The translations under genes and the position numbers were made by a program. A stretch of DNA of 64,000 bases from a virus. Position 1 is the first letter of the stretch. Every line of letters begins with the position of its first letter. The notes under the pieces are model-generated. The model ran no database searches and was not told the DNA's origin. It was given only the letters and a program-made list of their open reading frames with translations. Location: the IMG/VR virus record IMGVR_UViG_3300047160_020067, positions 27,848-91,847 of that record. The stretch is one strand, 5' to 3'. Shown here piece after piece: positions 7,820 through 17,671 of the stretch.

Positions 7820-8537
7820 TACGCGGCCATCCCTTACTAGTACCTAGAAAAATGGTGTATTTTACACCATACTGCACCCCCCCATTTTTTGGGGACGCTG
7901 GGATACCAAGTGTCCTGGCAAGGGCAATAGAACCTTCCCCCCACTTCCCATGGGGTCCGACGTCTGCGACCACTGCCCCGCACGACTTGTTGCGATACTC
8001 CACGAGACAAACATCCCCTAGCCGTGCACCCTGCTTAAGGCATTCTGGCGGAACGGAGATGTACGGGACCGTCTCTGAGTCTACGTAGCGGCGTGGGTCG
8101 GTGAGCGCCTTCGTGTGGTCTTGTAGCGACGTGGCGGACACGAGGTAGCCAGGGCAGGGATCGTTCGGTCCCTGTTTGATCGGCTCGCCATCAGGACGCC
8201 CGCTGTCCGTAATGATACCGTACCAATTGCCGGGCTTGCCGGCGTTCGCCAGGAAGTCGAGCGGCTGGAGTCCGTCTTGGGGCATTGCGTACGCGCGTGG
8301 CGAGCCGTCTGCGTCGACCTCCATCCCGGAGGTCCAGGATACTGTTTTATTACCGATCGGGCTTATGGGAGACACCGGAGGCGGGATTGTAGGCGGTTGT
8401 GGGGGTGCCGGCGGCTGAATGTTCCCGCTCGGGAATGGGATGAGCTTGCCAACAGGTTCGGCAGACGGCGGTGCGGCGAAAAGTCGGGCAAAAAATGCGT
8501 AAATAGAGGCGAAGATTCCGACCTTGGCAGATGTCAC
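7812..8537 (-). CDS. GH75 chitosanase-like protein, probable endolysin
   Basis: MEVDADG, VPYISVP, VVADVGP..GEGSIALA motifs; hydrophobic N-terminus and Pro linker; last gene of the lysis cluster. Confidence 0.75.
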   Translation of the reverse strand: MTSAKVGIFASIYAFFARLFAAPPSAEPVGKLIPFPSGNIQPPAPPQPPTIPPPVSPISPIGNKTVSWTSGMEVDADGSPRAYAMPQDGLQPLDFLANAGKPGNWYGIITDSGRPDGEPIKQGPNDPCPGYLVSATSLQDHTKALTDPRRYVDSETVPYISVPPECLKQGARLGDVCLVEYRNKSCGAVVADVGPHGKWGEGSIALARTLGIPASPKNGGVQYGVKYTIFLGTSKGWPRTS

Positions 8538-8571
8538 AGTACCCTATACCGAGGTATAACCAGGTCACGGG

Positions 8572-8838
8572 TCATCTGGGCCCGCAAAGAGTCCACGCGT
8601 TTCGTGTCCACTCTTTTAATGCATCTATATATTCGTCTAAAGCAATGGCATTACCAGCAGTTAGGCACACTGAAAATGGTGCCGGACATCCATCCATGGA
8701 ACCAGCTACCGTAATATTTACTGGTAGCGGAGGGGGTGGGGTTTTAAGGCAAATAATTGGCGCTGGCGGCGGTATCGTTGGGGCAGGTACATTATGGGAG
8801 CAGGATAGTAGTCCAAAAATGAATAGTAACCGCTTCAT
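8572..8838 (-). CDS. Outer-membrane spanin-like lipoprotein (Rz1-like)
   Basis: Lipobox LLSC, Pro-rich periplasmic segment, lysis context. Confidence 0.6.
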   Translation of the reverse strand: MKRLLFIFGLLSCSHNVPAPTIPPPAPIICLKTPPPPLPVNITVAGSMDGCPAPFSVCLTAGNAIALDEYIDALKEWTRNAWTLCGPR

Positions 8839-8839
8839 T

Positions 8840-9352
8840 TTAGTTGCTCCCAGTCGGGATTGCTGGATATTGGCTGGTATCGTAATCTGGGCAATCCATT
8901 TCTGGAAAGTGCGTACCCCATACCTGATTAAATTGTGTTACATCTCCTGCTGTAAGGTGTTTTAGGGCTGGGGTGTTGTGGTTCATGATTTGAATGCCGC
9001 TGACGTGGTCCAAGCCCAGTGCGTGTCCGACTTCATGCGCCCCAACGGCAATACTTTCTAAAGGTTCGATTTTAGCGAATCTTTCTACATCTATAACGAT
9101 GTGTCCGTCGTATTCATATTTTGCAATACCGTCCGAAACATCAACATTTCCACTAACTATCGGTAATTCTACCCCACCGATAGCTGTATTAATATCCACT
9201 CCGACACAGTGCCAGTATTCCGCACCGACTGCCAATTCAGTTCGCAGGGTTAACGGAATGGCGGCGTCAAAACGTACCGTAATATGCTGGTCAATTGGGA
9301 AAACGTTTCGGCATCCGGACAGTGTAAATAGGAACAGTGCAATGCGTTTCAT
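8840..9352 (-). CDS. Matrixin-like (metzincin) zinc protease lipoprotein
   Basis: Lipobox LSGC; HEVGHALGLDH and Met-turn QIMN. Confidence 0.8.
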   Translation of the reverse strand: MKRIALFLFTLSGCRNVFPIDQHITVRFDAAIPLTLRTELAVGAEYWHCVGVDINTAIGGVELPIVSGNVDVSDGIAKYEYDGHIVIDVERFAKIEPLESIAVGAHEVGHALGLDHVSGIQIMNHNTPALKHLTAGDVTQFNQVWGTHFPEMDCPDYDTSQYPAIPTGSN

Positions 9353-9648
9353 GGCTTCTCCAATAGGTCCTTAAGCCATAGCCTTGCTCCTTCTGGTCCT
9401 AACTGGTCTACGAGACGATGCCTCGCATCTTGAAGCGCTGCCTCTTGACTAGCAATAACTGAATCTTTACGCGCAAGTTCTTCGTCGCGAGAGGCAATCA
9501 CCGCTTGCGCATTGGTGAGGTCTGATTGAAGCTTTGGTACTTGAAGCTTTAGTTGTTCATCGAGGCGGTCACTATGGTACTTAAAATACGCCGCCGCGAT
9601 GGAGGATGCTAACGCGCCAACGATCGATGTAATAAGCGCGGCAAGCAC
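9349..9648 (-). CDS. Inner-membrane spanin-like protein (Rz-like)
   Basis: N-terminal TM helix followed by a coiled coil. Confidence 0.55.
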   Translation of the reverse strand: MLAALITSIVGALASSIAAAYFKYHSDRLDEQLKLQVPKLQSDLTNAQAVIASRDEELARKDSVIASQEAALQDARHRLVDQLGPEGARLWLKDLLEKP

Positions 9649-9657
9649 CGCGTAGCC

Positions 9658-9840
9658 TTACTGTGCCTTGAGCCAAGTGCGGCTAACGGTGTAGCCGAGT
9701 GCTGACAGAAGGGCGGCACCCAAACCGACTAGCTTGCCTTCCCACGAACTATCACCGAATGCGCCGCATGCCTGAAGGGCGCTTACGCCTACCGCCGCCA
9801 AAGAAAGCCAAAATTCGCTCGTTTTATAGCCAGGACTCAT
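9658..9840 (-). CDS. Holin-like protein
   Basis: 60 aa, two TM helices, PGYKTSEFW start, strong RBS. Confidence 0.65.
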   Translation of the reverse strand: MSPGYKTSEFWLSLAAVGVSALQACGAFGDSSWEGKLVGLGAALLSALGYTVSRTWLKAQ

Positions 9841-9866
9841 ATGGTTTTCTCCTTTAGTTTTCGGCT

Positions 9867-10115
9867 TTACCGCCGCCGAAGTTCTTTCACATCGTTTCGG
9901 ATTTCCGTTACCATATCATGTACTTCTTGAATTTTCTCTTGTAGCACATCTATACGACTATGGTCAATGTCTTGTCTATCCTGAACTACTGATAAATCCG
10001 CTGATCGGGCAAATGTGGTGGCCACGTAGTAACCAAGTCCGGCTATTCCGACGACCAGCACCGCCCAAAATTTGATTTTCTTTGCAAATGATTCCGCTGC
10101 GGCTTCTTTGTCCAT
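9867..10115 (-). CDS. Membrane protein with coiled coil (lysis-associated)
   Basis: One TM helix and a C-terminal heptad pattern. Confidence 0.5.
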   Translation of the reverse strand: MDKEAAAESFAKKIKFWAVLVVGIAGLGYYVATTFARSADLSVVQDRQDIDHSRIDVLQEKIQEVHDMVTEIRNDVKELRRR

Positions 10116-10124
10116 ATGACTACC

Positions 10125-11036
10125 TTAAGACATTGTATTATATGAATAATATGAGTCAATAGCCTGTCCGAGGAATACTGCATCTGATTCTGGGTTAACA
10201 ATGAAATTTGAAGAAATGGCGGTATGATTTTGTTCCATTTTTGCTTTAGTTTCGCCATTATAGCTAGTACCAGCTGGTTGTCCGGAACCGGTTTCAGATC
10301 CACACATCAAACCATAATTCCGGGTTTGCGCCTTAGCGTAATCGAACCACGGTTGCATCTCGGCGATTTGGGTTGCGCCATCTGTGCCGCCGCCATTATT
10401 TGAGTAGCAAGCAACAACCGTCAGATCTGCAGCATCCATAAGGTGGTAGCCTTCGAGCTGCGTAATGCCGTTGTACGTCACACTCTGCGCGGTACCAGTG
10501 GTGATGAGCCACTGCGTCGTGAAGAGGCCAACAGGACGATTACCCATGAGCTTCTTGAGTGCCTTTACGAAATCGCACAGTGCAGGAACCTGTACGGTTG
10601 CATCGTAACCCGTGACAGTCCAATACTCGATATCGAGCATTAGACCATCGAAGTAGGCTCCGGTGTTGCTCGTACCGGTGTCAGAGATTAATTCAAAGTC
10701 AACGAGTCGGCGAATGACGTTGGGGAGAACCCATTGTTGGTTTGTCGCCCAATCCGTATTGCCACAGAGAGCCCACACTCTGATACCTGAGGCGTGGCAT
10801 ACGGAAATGAACTGCTTGACCCTCGTAACGTGAGCGCTAGTCCAATTGGACGCGCCTAAATATGAATAGAAGTCCATAAGTAGAGTATCAACGCCATTGG
10901 TACCACAGAAGTTGATAAGGCTTTGCTGGTGGTTATCAGTATCCAAGAAATCGGATTGTCCGAGCCAGCAAAACATTGCGCGCATTGCATTGCTGTTAGG
11001 CGGAGTCGGTGGGGTTGATAGTGCGGTAACGGACAT
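10125..11036 (-). CDS. TIM-barrel glycoside hydrolase-like protein
   Basis: FDGLMLDIEY resembles the GH18-type catalytic strand; GIRVWAL, GSETG. Confidence 0.5.
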   Translation of the reverse strand: MSVTALSTPPTPPNSNAMRAMFCWLGQSDFLDTDNHQQSLINFCGTNGVDTLLMDFYSYLGASNWTSAHVTRVKQFISVCHASGIRVWALCGNTDWATNQQWVLPNVIRRLVDFELISDTGTSNTGAYFDGLMLDIEYWTVTGYDATVQVPALCDFVKALKKLMGNRPVGLFTTQWLITTGTAQSVTYNGITQLEGYHLMDAADLTVVACYSNNGGGTDGATQIAEMQPWFDYAKAQTRNYGLMCGSETGSGQPAGTSYNGETKAKMEQNHTAISSNFIVNPESDAVFLGQAIDSYYSYNTMS

Positions 11037-11057
11037 GGCTTTTTCCTCCTGTGGGTA

Positions 11058-11867
11058 CTACAGTTCGTAAAAATCAATACTCCCGAAGACCGTACCAACT
11101 GTTACAGCATCAGGTTTAGCGTACATAGTAATTCGTGCGGGGCCTGCTACCATTAGATTATCGAAATCGTATATTTGTTGCGGTTGTCCAGTTATGGTTC
11201 TGAGTTGGGAAGTAATTTGTTCCTCAAATGAATTAGCAGTAAGCGGTAAGGCTTTTCGTAGGAAGGTACCACCCGAAACTCCGTTTTCACCAGAGCATAC
11301 TCGCGTGATAAAGCACTTCTTGCCGGCTTGCACATAGTGATGTGCGTAAAATGTTTGGCCATCGCTTGCCGCGATGCTAGCAAAGGTTGTTCCACCACCA
11401 GTATTCTGTAACGAAATAATGCCAACATTGGTGCCATTACTACCAACAGTGACACTAGCGATTTTTTCGATAAATTGAATATTTGTTGCTACAGTGTTTA
11501 CCGCCGTAATACCGTTAAGCGTTACAGTTTCGGTTAACGGGCCATTCATATTCCCGTCATAGTAGGTTAACAACACAGTTCTGGTGCCGGTTCCTGCCGC
11601 TGTATCATTAGCGCTTGATGAAACAAATCGCATTTGCTGCGCACTAGATGGCTCGGTATAGGTAGTCGCTCTTACTGATACTATGTTTACCCCCGCAGAT
11701 GAAAAATAGCCGTGACGAACGTCAGAAACAGCTCCAGAGATGAGACCGAGTCCGATCGCATGTCCTAGATCGGCTATTATTCGTATACCATTACTGTCAT
11801 GAAGAAGCGGAGTCCCGTCTTCTTTGTAAGCAAATACACTTACAACTTGTCTATCGCCAGCAGCCAT
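11058..11867 (-). CDS. Virion protein, paralogue domain A
   Basis: VRATTYTE..SSSANDTAAGTGTRTV..TYYD domain shared with the next two genes. Confidence 0.65.
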   Translation of the reverse strand: MAAGDRQVVSVFAYKEDGTPLLHDSNGIRIIADLGHAIGLGLISGAVSDVRHGYFSSAGVNIVSVRATTYTEPSSAQQMRFVSSSANDTAAGTGTRTVLLTYYDGNMNGPLTETVTLNGITAVNTVATNIQFIEKIASVTVGSNGTNVGIISLQNTGGGTTFASIAASDGQTFYAHHYVQAGKKCFITRVCSGENGVSGGTFLRKALPLTANSFEEQITSQLRTITGQPQQIYDFDNLMVAGPARITMYAKPDAVTVGTVFGSIDFYEL

Positions 11868-11870
11868 TCT

Positions 11871-12845
11871 CTATACCTCAAAATATCCAAATCCAGCAAA
11901 CCAGGTTATGCTTACGTTAGCGGTATCACCTTGCGCGTATAGCGTCACACGTGCCGGGCCCGTTACTTCTATTGTCGATCTTAGTTCGCGTCTGACTTCA
12001 TTACCAGACGGTACTCTAAGCGTGGAAGACAAAACTAGCTCTGGTTTAGTCGAATCTGTCGGAGTGGCCTTTCGAATGGTGACCTTGCCACCTGATGTTC
12101 CCTGACCGCCAGCAGCTAGTTCGACGATGTGCATCGTCTTCGATGAATTTACATAGTGGTGGCAATACTGAGTTTGGTTGTCACCGATTGCGATCTGCGC
12201 GATAGTGCCACCTGCACCGCTTGCAGCAGCTGTGAGGTTAATACTGCCAGCATTACCCCCTGACGACCCCACAGTCAAAACTGTCAATTTTTCAACAAAA
12301 CAAATGGTAGTAGACACGGTGTTTACTGCAGAAGTACCGTTCATGGTTACATCTTCAGTGAATGGGCCAGCCATGGTTTGGTCATAGTAGGTAATGCGTA
12401 CCGTACGTGCTCCGGTTCCAGCAGATGTGTCGTTAGTATTCGTAGAGACTAACGACCTACCAGCATTGGAAGACTGCTCTACGAATGCGGTGGCCCTGAC
12501 GGCTGTATTCGTGGTCCCTGAAGTCGTTACATACCCCGACACCTGAGACGAAAATAGATTTGATATGTTTTTATTGGCGCTGCCCTTATAGTTGTTTTCG
12601 AAATCGGATTTGTCTGAATCGTTTTGAAACTGAGAATACCCTCCATTGACAATGTAATCAGGTACGGTTCCTTTCCATATGGTACAGGTGTAGACAAAGC
12701 TACCGTCTAGCGCGAATACGGTATATACAGTCCCGTCATCGTCGTATTGTACTGCTAGGGCTTTTCCTGTTATGGCTGTCGACTTGAAGCTTGTCCAAGC
12801 CAATGAGGTAATGCCAACGGCGCCAGGAAAAATTACGTTAGGCAT
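11871..12845 (-). CDS. Virion protein, paralogue domain A
   Basis: VRATAFVEQ..NDTSAGTGARTVRITYYD. Confidence 0.65.
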   Translation of the reverse strand: MPNVIFPGAVGITSLAWTSFKSTAITGKALAVQYDDDGTVYTVFALDGSFVYTCTIWKGTVPDYIVNGGYSQFQNDSDKSDFENNYKGSANKNISNLFSSQVSGYVTTSGTTNTAVRATAFVEQSSNAGRSLVSTNTNDTSAGTGARTVRITYYDQTMAGPFTEDVTMNGTSAVNTVSTTICFVEKLTVLTVGSSGGNAGSINLTAAASGAGGTIAQIAIGDNQTQYCHHYVNSSKTMHIVELAAGGQGTSGGKVTIRKATPTDSTKPELVLSSTLRVPSGNEVRRELRSTIEVTGPARVTLYAQGDTANVSITWFAGFGYFEV

Positions 12846-14959
12846 TATTGCTCCGAATAATCGAACGCACCGAAGAAGTGCGTATTCGTCCCGCTTGATA
12901 CAACGTATATTGTAATCCGAGAAAACCCCGATACTTTGACAGGGTTTGACACAATTCTGTTTGAAATTGGCCCGCTTATAGGAACTGTAATAAATCCAGA
13001 GATTATATTTTCGACGTTATTTGCAACTAATACCGAGTCAGCGGTTATGTGAAATGTGGCGACTTGATTACCGTTTGTCGAGCAGGTTATATCATACAGG
13101 CTGAAGGTTTTACCAGTTGCCACGTAATGATGCGCCCAAAATGTTGTGTTGTCGCCGACTCCGCTCGATATGGTTGCGACTGCAATTGTACCTACCGTTG
13201 TGCCCGTACCACCAGCACCAGTAAACAGTGTTATAGTACCAGCGTTAGAGCCACCAGATCCTACTGATGCAACTACTATCTTTTCAATAAAGGAATGGTT
13301 CGTATTGGATAAATTGACTGCTGTAGTTCCATTAAGCGTAGCAGTTTCCGTAAATGGTCCTGCGCCTGTTTGATCGTAGTAGGTAATGGTTATAGTTCTA
13401 GCGCCTGTACCTGCTGCAGTGTCACTTGCACTAGAAGATTTTACGGAACCGGTAAAGTTTGTAGTCTGTTCAGTGTACGTTGTTGCTCGTACTGGCGTAA
13501 TTACGCCCGAAGATGCTCCGTACTGTACGCGACCGAATATTGTTCCTTGAGTTGCCGTAGCGGCTGCAGAACTAACTGGAATTGCCTGTTGATTTGGCGA
13601 AATAACGACAACCAAAGCCTTGTCAGTAGCAACAGGCGCTGTGCTAGCTGCTTTAACGTCTGTTACGCTGGTTCCGTCTGTTACTTTTACAGGCCATGCC
13701 CCAGATGCGGCAGCAGCAGTACCTTGCGATACTGGCTGCGTGGTTGTTCCGGTGGGATCGATTCTTAGTGGGTCAGTAGATGTGGCTGCTTCTACAGAGC
13801 CGCCAGAAGCTGCTTTACGTAAGCTTACGCCTAGAGCGAACTGAGTACCGCCACCGCTATCTACATCGAATACCCTCGGCGTTTGGATGTTGGTACCATC
13901 ACTTGCTCCAACCCTAAGCGGATTACCAGATAGTGCGGCGTTGTCAGCCGAAGTGCCTTCCGCAGCTATTTTTAGTTCGCCAGCGGCTTGTGTAGTAACG
14001 CTACTACCAGCTACTTGAGTTAGGTTTTGGCTCCAAGGAGCCCCTCCCTGGTTTGCGGTAACGGTACCAGATACGGGTTGAGTTGTGGTTCCGGTTGGAT
14101 CTACCCGCACCGTTCCATCCGTAGCCATACGGATAGGTTGAGCATTACCAGAACCATCCTTACCGCCAGCCAATACTGGATTGCCACTTACTGCAGCCCC
14201 TGTTGCAGCCAGACCTTCTACTGCTACTTTTTGCTCGCCTGCGGCAAATGTTGTAACTGCATTGCCGTTAATTTGTGTTAGGTTTTGGCTCCAGGGAGCC
14301 CCGCCCTGATTAGCTGTAACGGTTCCACTAACAGGTTGTGTGGTTCCTGAACCGTCAACAATAACAGCACCCGAAGGGTTAACTTTTACGTCGACGTAAG
14401 AACCGCCTCCTGCTGTCGTGTGCCCTGTAATAATACTCTTAGTAAGTAAAGCGTAATTTTCATCGTCTGGGAGGAAACCTGCTGGTACAATTTCTGCACT
14501 GACTGGTGCTGTGCGAAGCACTGTTTGTAACGTAAACGTGCCCTGTGCAGAATTAGTGTTCGTATATACGACACGAAAATATCGCCCTCGGACGCCACAA
14601 ACAAATGCTTGACCGGCGTTGGGAGCTGTTCCAGGTGTGTACGTAAACAGACTCGCGTCTATCCAAGACGCGCCATCGTTAGAAAATTCTATTTTGACGC
14701 CATTGTTTGCTGACGCCTTATCAGAGTTTAGTAGGACGGCGACCGATGCGTAATTTAAAGCGTCTGTAGCGGTTCCAGTAAAAGATGCATTGGACCCCAG
14801 TAAAGTCGAAGAGGAGTTATTTGCGTCTACCACACCGATAGGAAACGATACCGGTTGTGTGGTTGTTCCAGTAGGATCAGTTCTTAACGGGTTACTAACA
14901 GTTCCTACTGGACTGTCATTTTCATCGTAAAGTGTTGATTTCGGATCTTTTAGGCTCAT
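12845..14959 (-). CDS. Fibre-like virion protein with DPTGTTTQP repeats and domain A
   Basis: G/T/S/A-rich beta repeats; C-terminal domain A. Confidence 0.65.
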   Translation of the reverse strand: MSLKDPKSTLYDENDSPVGTVSNPLRTDPTGTTTQPVSFPIGVVDANNSSSTLLGSNASFTGTATDALNYASVAVLLNSDKASANNGVKIEFSNDGASWIDASLFTYTPGTAPNAGQAFVCGVRGRYFRVVYTNTNSAQGTFTLQTVLRTAPVSAEIVPAGFLPDDENYALLTKSIITGHTTAGGGSYVDVKVNPSGAVIVDGSGTTQPVSGTVTANQGGAPWSQNLTQINGNAVTTFAAGEQKVAVEGLAATGAAVSGNPVLAGGKDGSGNAQPIRMATDGTVRVDPTGTTTQPVSGTVTANQGGAPWSQNLTQVAGSSVTTQAAGELKIAAEGTSADNAALSGNPLRVGASDGTNIQTPRVFDVDSGGGTQFALGVSLRKAASGGSVEAATSTDPLRIDPTGTTTQPVSQGTAAAASGAWPVKVTDGTSVTDVKAASTAPVATDKALVVVISPNQQAIPVSSAAATATQGTIFGRVQYGASSGVITPVRATTYTEQTTNFTGSVKSSSASDTAAGTGARTITITYYDQTGAGPFTETATLNGTTAVNLSNTNHSFIEKIVVASVGSGGSNAGTITLFTGAGGTGTTVGTIAVATISSGVGDNTTFWAHHYVATGKTFSLYDITCSTNGNQVATFHITADSVLVANNVENIISGFITVPISGPISNRIVSNPVKVSGFSRITIYVVSSGTNTHFFGAFDYSEQ

Positions 14960-17229
14960 GACAGCTCCGTCACTTGTGCGGCTCCATTAGCCGCCGCCCA
15001 AATTCCATCAACGTTTCCAGTGTAGCCAAACGGCACTTCAAAAAATCCATTTGGTGAAATTTGTACCGTGTAGTCATTTGTTGCGGCCGTTGTACCAAAT
15101 TTAACGTATAGGGTTTTATTGCTTTCGTTGTATATCATTGCCCCCAATCGATTGGCATTGGATACGAGCAAGTTTACATTCGAAGCAGACGACGCAACGC
15201 GTGTTACAGCAGAAGACGCTGGTTTTGTTGGTGAAACTGATACTGCTGACTGGTCGCTAGCGATAACAACCGGAACGCTAGCCGCCATAGTTTTTTGGCC
15301 AACCGTTGGCGCAGTTGATCCTATCCATGCACCAACATTCGTGTCTAACCGACCACCAACAAGAGCTGCTGGTAGTTGGGTTGTGGACACGGGTTGAGTC
15401 GTAGTACCCGTAGGGTCTACCCGCAGTGGGTCAGATGGTGTGCCGGCTTCTACTGTTCCTCCTGAGGCAGATTTTCGTAGGCTAACTCCTAAAACGAACT
15501 GAGTACCGCCTCCCGTGTCACCATCAAATACGCGTGGCGTTTGGATATTCGTTCCATCGCTGGCTCCAACCCTTACGGGATTGCCAGATAGCGCTGAATT
15601 ATCTGCTGCAGTGCCCTCTACGGCTACTTTTAGTTCGCCAGCGGCTTGAGTAGTAACTGCGCTGCCAGCGATTTGTGTAAGATTTTGACTCCATGGTGCT
15701 CCGCCTTGGTTTGCGGTAACGGTGCCGGAAACAGGTTGTGTGGTCGTACCAGTAGGATCGATTCGTACAGTACCATCTGTCGCAGTTCTGATTGGTTCTA
15801 CATTTCCTGAACCGTCCTTACCTCCTACGAGAACGGGATTACCAACTGTCGCAGCCCCAGTAGCCGCTAGCCCCTCAACTCCTACTTGTTGCTCGCCTGG
15901 AGTAAGTGTTACGACCGTCGTTCCGTTGATACGGATTAAATCTTGCGTCCAAGGAGCCCCACCCTGTTGCGCCGTTACTACGTCAGAAGCGGTCAGCGCG
16001 CGAATTTGTGTGGGATTGATAGCACTACCGCCATGATAGATTTGGACGTCTAAAGCCTGATGGTCAGCGCCTTCCGATGTCGACGTAACATCAGCCGCTA
16101 CAGTCGCGCCTTTTGCGCCCCCGCGTACGATCGATTTCTGTGTACCATCTGTTTGATGCGTAGCGATGGAGTCAGTATCTGCTTTGATTGCGTCAAGGTT
16201 GCCGCCTGTCTCTTGAGCGGCATTAGCGGGTAATGGAAGGCTGACGGCACTGATTGGTTGAGTAGTAGTACCCGTCGGATCAATACGTATGGGGTGTGCT
16301 GCCGTGCCCAAAACGTTAGCGCCATCCGTAACCTCTACGGGCCATGCATTTGCGAGACTATTAGGCGCTCCTTGGTCAACGGTAGGCGTTCCTACGCTTA
16401 CCGTACCAGTTACGGTTACACTGTCTGTGCCGCTAGATAGAGCACGAATTTGACGGGGGTCAATAGTGCTACTGCCATGATAAATCTGTACATCCAGCGC
16501 TTGATGATCTGCTCCTTCAGTGGTACTCGTTATGTCTGCTGGGGTCGTAACCCCCTTAGTACCTCCGCGAACAATGGTCTTTTGCGTTCCGTCAGTTTGG
16601 TGGGCTGCCAACGAGTCAACGTCGGCCTTAATTGCGTCTAAATTGCCACCAGTTTCCTGTGCGGCATTTGTAGGAAGCGGCAACGACGTGGCGGATATTG
16701 GCTGTGTGGTCGTTCCAGTAGGATCGACCCGCAAGGGATTAGCTGCTATCCCACCAGGTACAGACCCCCCATTGCCAGGAAGACGAATTGATGCCCCGAG
16801 GACAAACTCTGTACCCGCCCCGGTATCGAGATCAAAGATTCTGGATGCCTGTAAATCTGTACCGTCACTGCCGCCGATTTGAGTAGACGATCCCGGTGCG
16901 GCAGCGTTGTTGGTTCCTACTGATGGGTTTGTTGCCGTAACTGAGATAGAGGAATTCGGACTAATCGCAACTACTAGCGCAGGATCGGTTGCGGCAGGTG
17001 GGGTACTAGCTGGAGCAACGGCAGCTACATTCGTACCATCGGTTACTTTGACTGGCCAAGCATTAGCCGTAGTATTTGGATTGCCTTGGTCAACTGTGCC
17101 TACACTACTGCCTTCTGTGGTGACGGCCAGACGATGAACCCCAAAACCATCGGTTATTACGTCGGCTACAGTTGTTTCGTCTGAGCCTAGGATTTCTGTC
17201 TTAGAGCCACCACCTTCTGCGCTAGCCAT
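14956..17229 (-). CDS. Fibre-like virion protein with DPTGTTTQP repeats
   Basis: Four RxDPTGTTTQP repeats, internal duplication, block shared with 12845..14959. Confidence 0.65.
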   Translation of the reverse strand: MASAEGGGSKTEILGSDETTVADVITDGFGVHRLAVTTEGSSVGTVDQGNPNTTANAWPVKVTDGTNVAAVAPASTPPAATDPALVVAISPNSSISVTATNPSVGTNNAAAPGSSTQIGGSDGTDLQASRIFDLDTGAGTEFVLGASIRLPGNGGSVPGGIAANPLRVDPTGTTTQPISATSLPLPTNAAQETGGNLDAIKADVDSLAAHQTDGTQKTIVRGGTKGVTTPADITSTTEGADHQALDVQIYHGSSTIDPRQIRALSSGTDSVTVTGTVSVGTPTVDQGAPNSLANAWPVEVTDGANVLGTAAHPIRIDPTGTTTQPISAVSLPLPANAAQETGGNLDAIKADTDSIATHQTDGTQKSIVRGGAKGATVAADVTSTSEGADHQALDVQIYHGGSAINPTQIRALTASDVVTAQQGGAPWTQDLIRINGTTVVTLTPGEQQVGVEGLAATGAATVGNPVLVGGKDGSGNVEPIRTATDGTVRIDPTGTTTQPVSGTVTANQGGAPWSQNLTQIAGSAVTTQAAGELKVAVEGTAADNSALSGNPVRVGASDGTNIQTPRVFDGDTGGGTQFVLGVSLRKSASGGTVEAGTPSDPLRVDPTGTTTQPVSTTQLPAALVGGRLDTNVGAWIGSTAPTVGQKTMAASVPVVIASDQSAVSVSPTKPASSAVTRVASSASNVNLLVSNANRLGAMIYNESNKTLYVKFGTTAATNDYTVQISPNGFFEVPFGYTGNVDGIWAAANGAAQVTELS

Positions 17230-17232
17230 TGG

Positions 17233-17364
17233 TTACCTTATCAGAAGGGTTACTAATGCTCCGAGTATACCGCCAATCACCGCGGTTATAACGATTAGAC
17301 TGACAACTATAGTCGGCGATAACTTTGATTGTGGGTATTGTGGCCCCCTTAACGATACCGGCAT
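17233..17364 (-). CDS. Small single-TM protein (43 aa)
   Basis: Manual translation MPVSLRGPQYPQSKLSPTIVVSLIVITAVIGGILGALVTLLIR; GAGGTG RBS; fills the intergenic gap. Confidence 0.55.
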   Translation of the reverse strand: MPVSLRGPQYPQSKLSPTIVVSLIVITAVIGGILGALVTLLIR

Positions 17365-17368
17365 TGCG

Positions 17369-17671
17369 TCACCTCGTGTTGGCTATTACCTGTACGAATG
17401 CCGCTGCTCCTCCTGAACCGGTTGCCCTTCGTACGAATACAAATTTTCTAAAATGTATCGTCCAGCCTATGGCAGATGACGGACCAGTAGCCGGCAAATA
17501 TGCATGAACGTTCTGCCCATCGAACGACGCTTCCATTGGGAAACGAGATTCGTTAACAATCAGCTGGTCAGCCGCTTCGAATAGAAAATCAAACTTTGCG
17601 TTCGGATCTGAAAACGTAGTAACGCTTGAAAGATCACGGCGCGCTTGAAAATCAGACACCGCCGTATCCAC
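17369..17671 (-). CDS. Putative virion protein
   Basis: Packed in the tail operon, beta-rich. Confidence 0.5.
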   Translation of the reverse strand: MDTAVSDFQARRDLSSVTTFSDPNAKFDFLFEAADQLIVNESRFPMEASFDGQNVHAYLPATGPSSAIGWTIHFRKFVFVRRATGSGGAAAFVQVIANTR

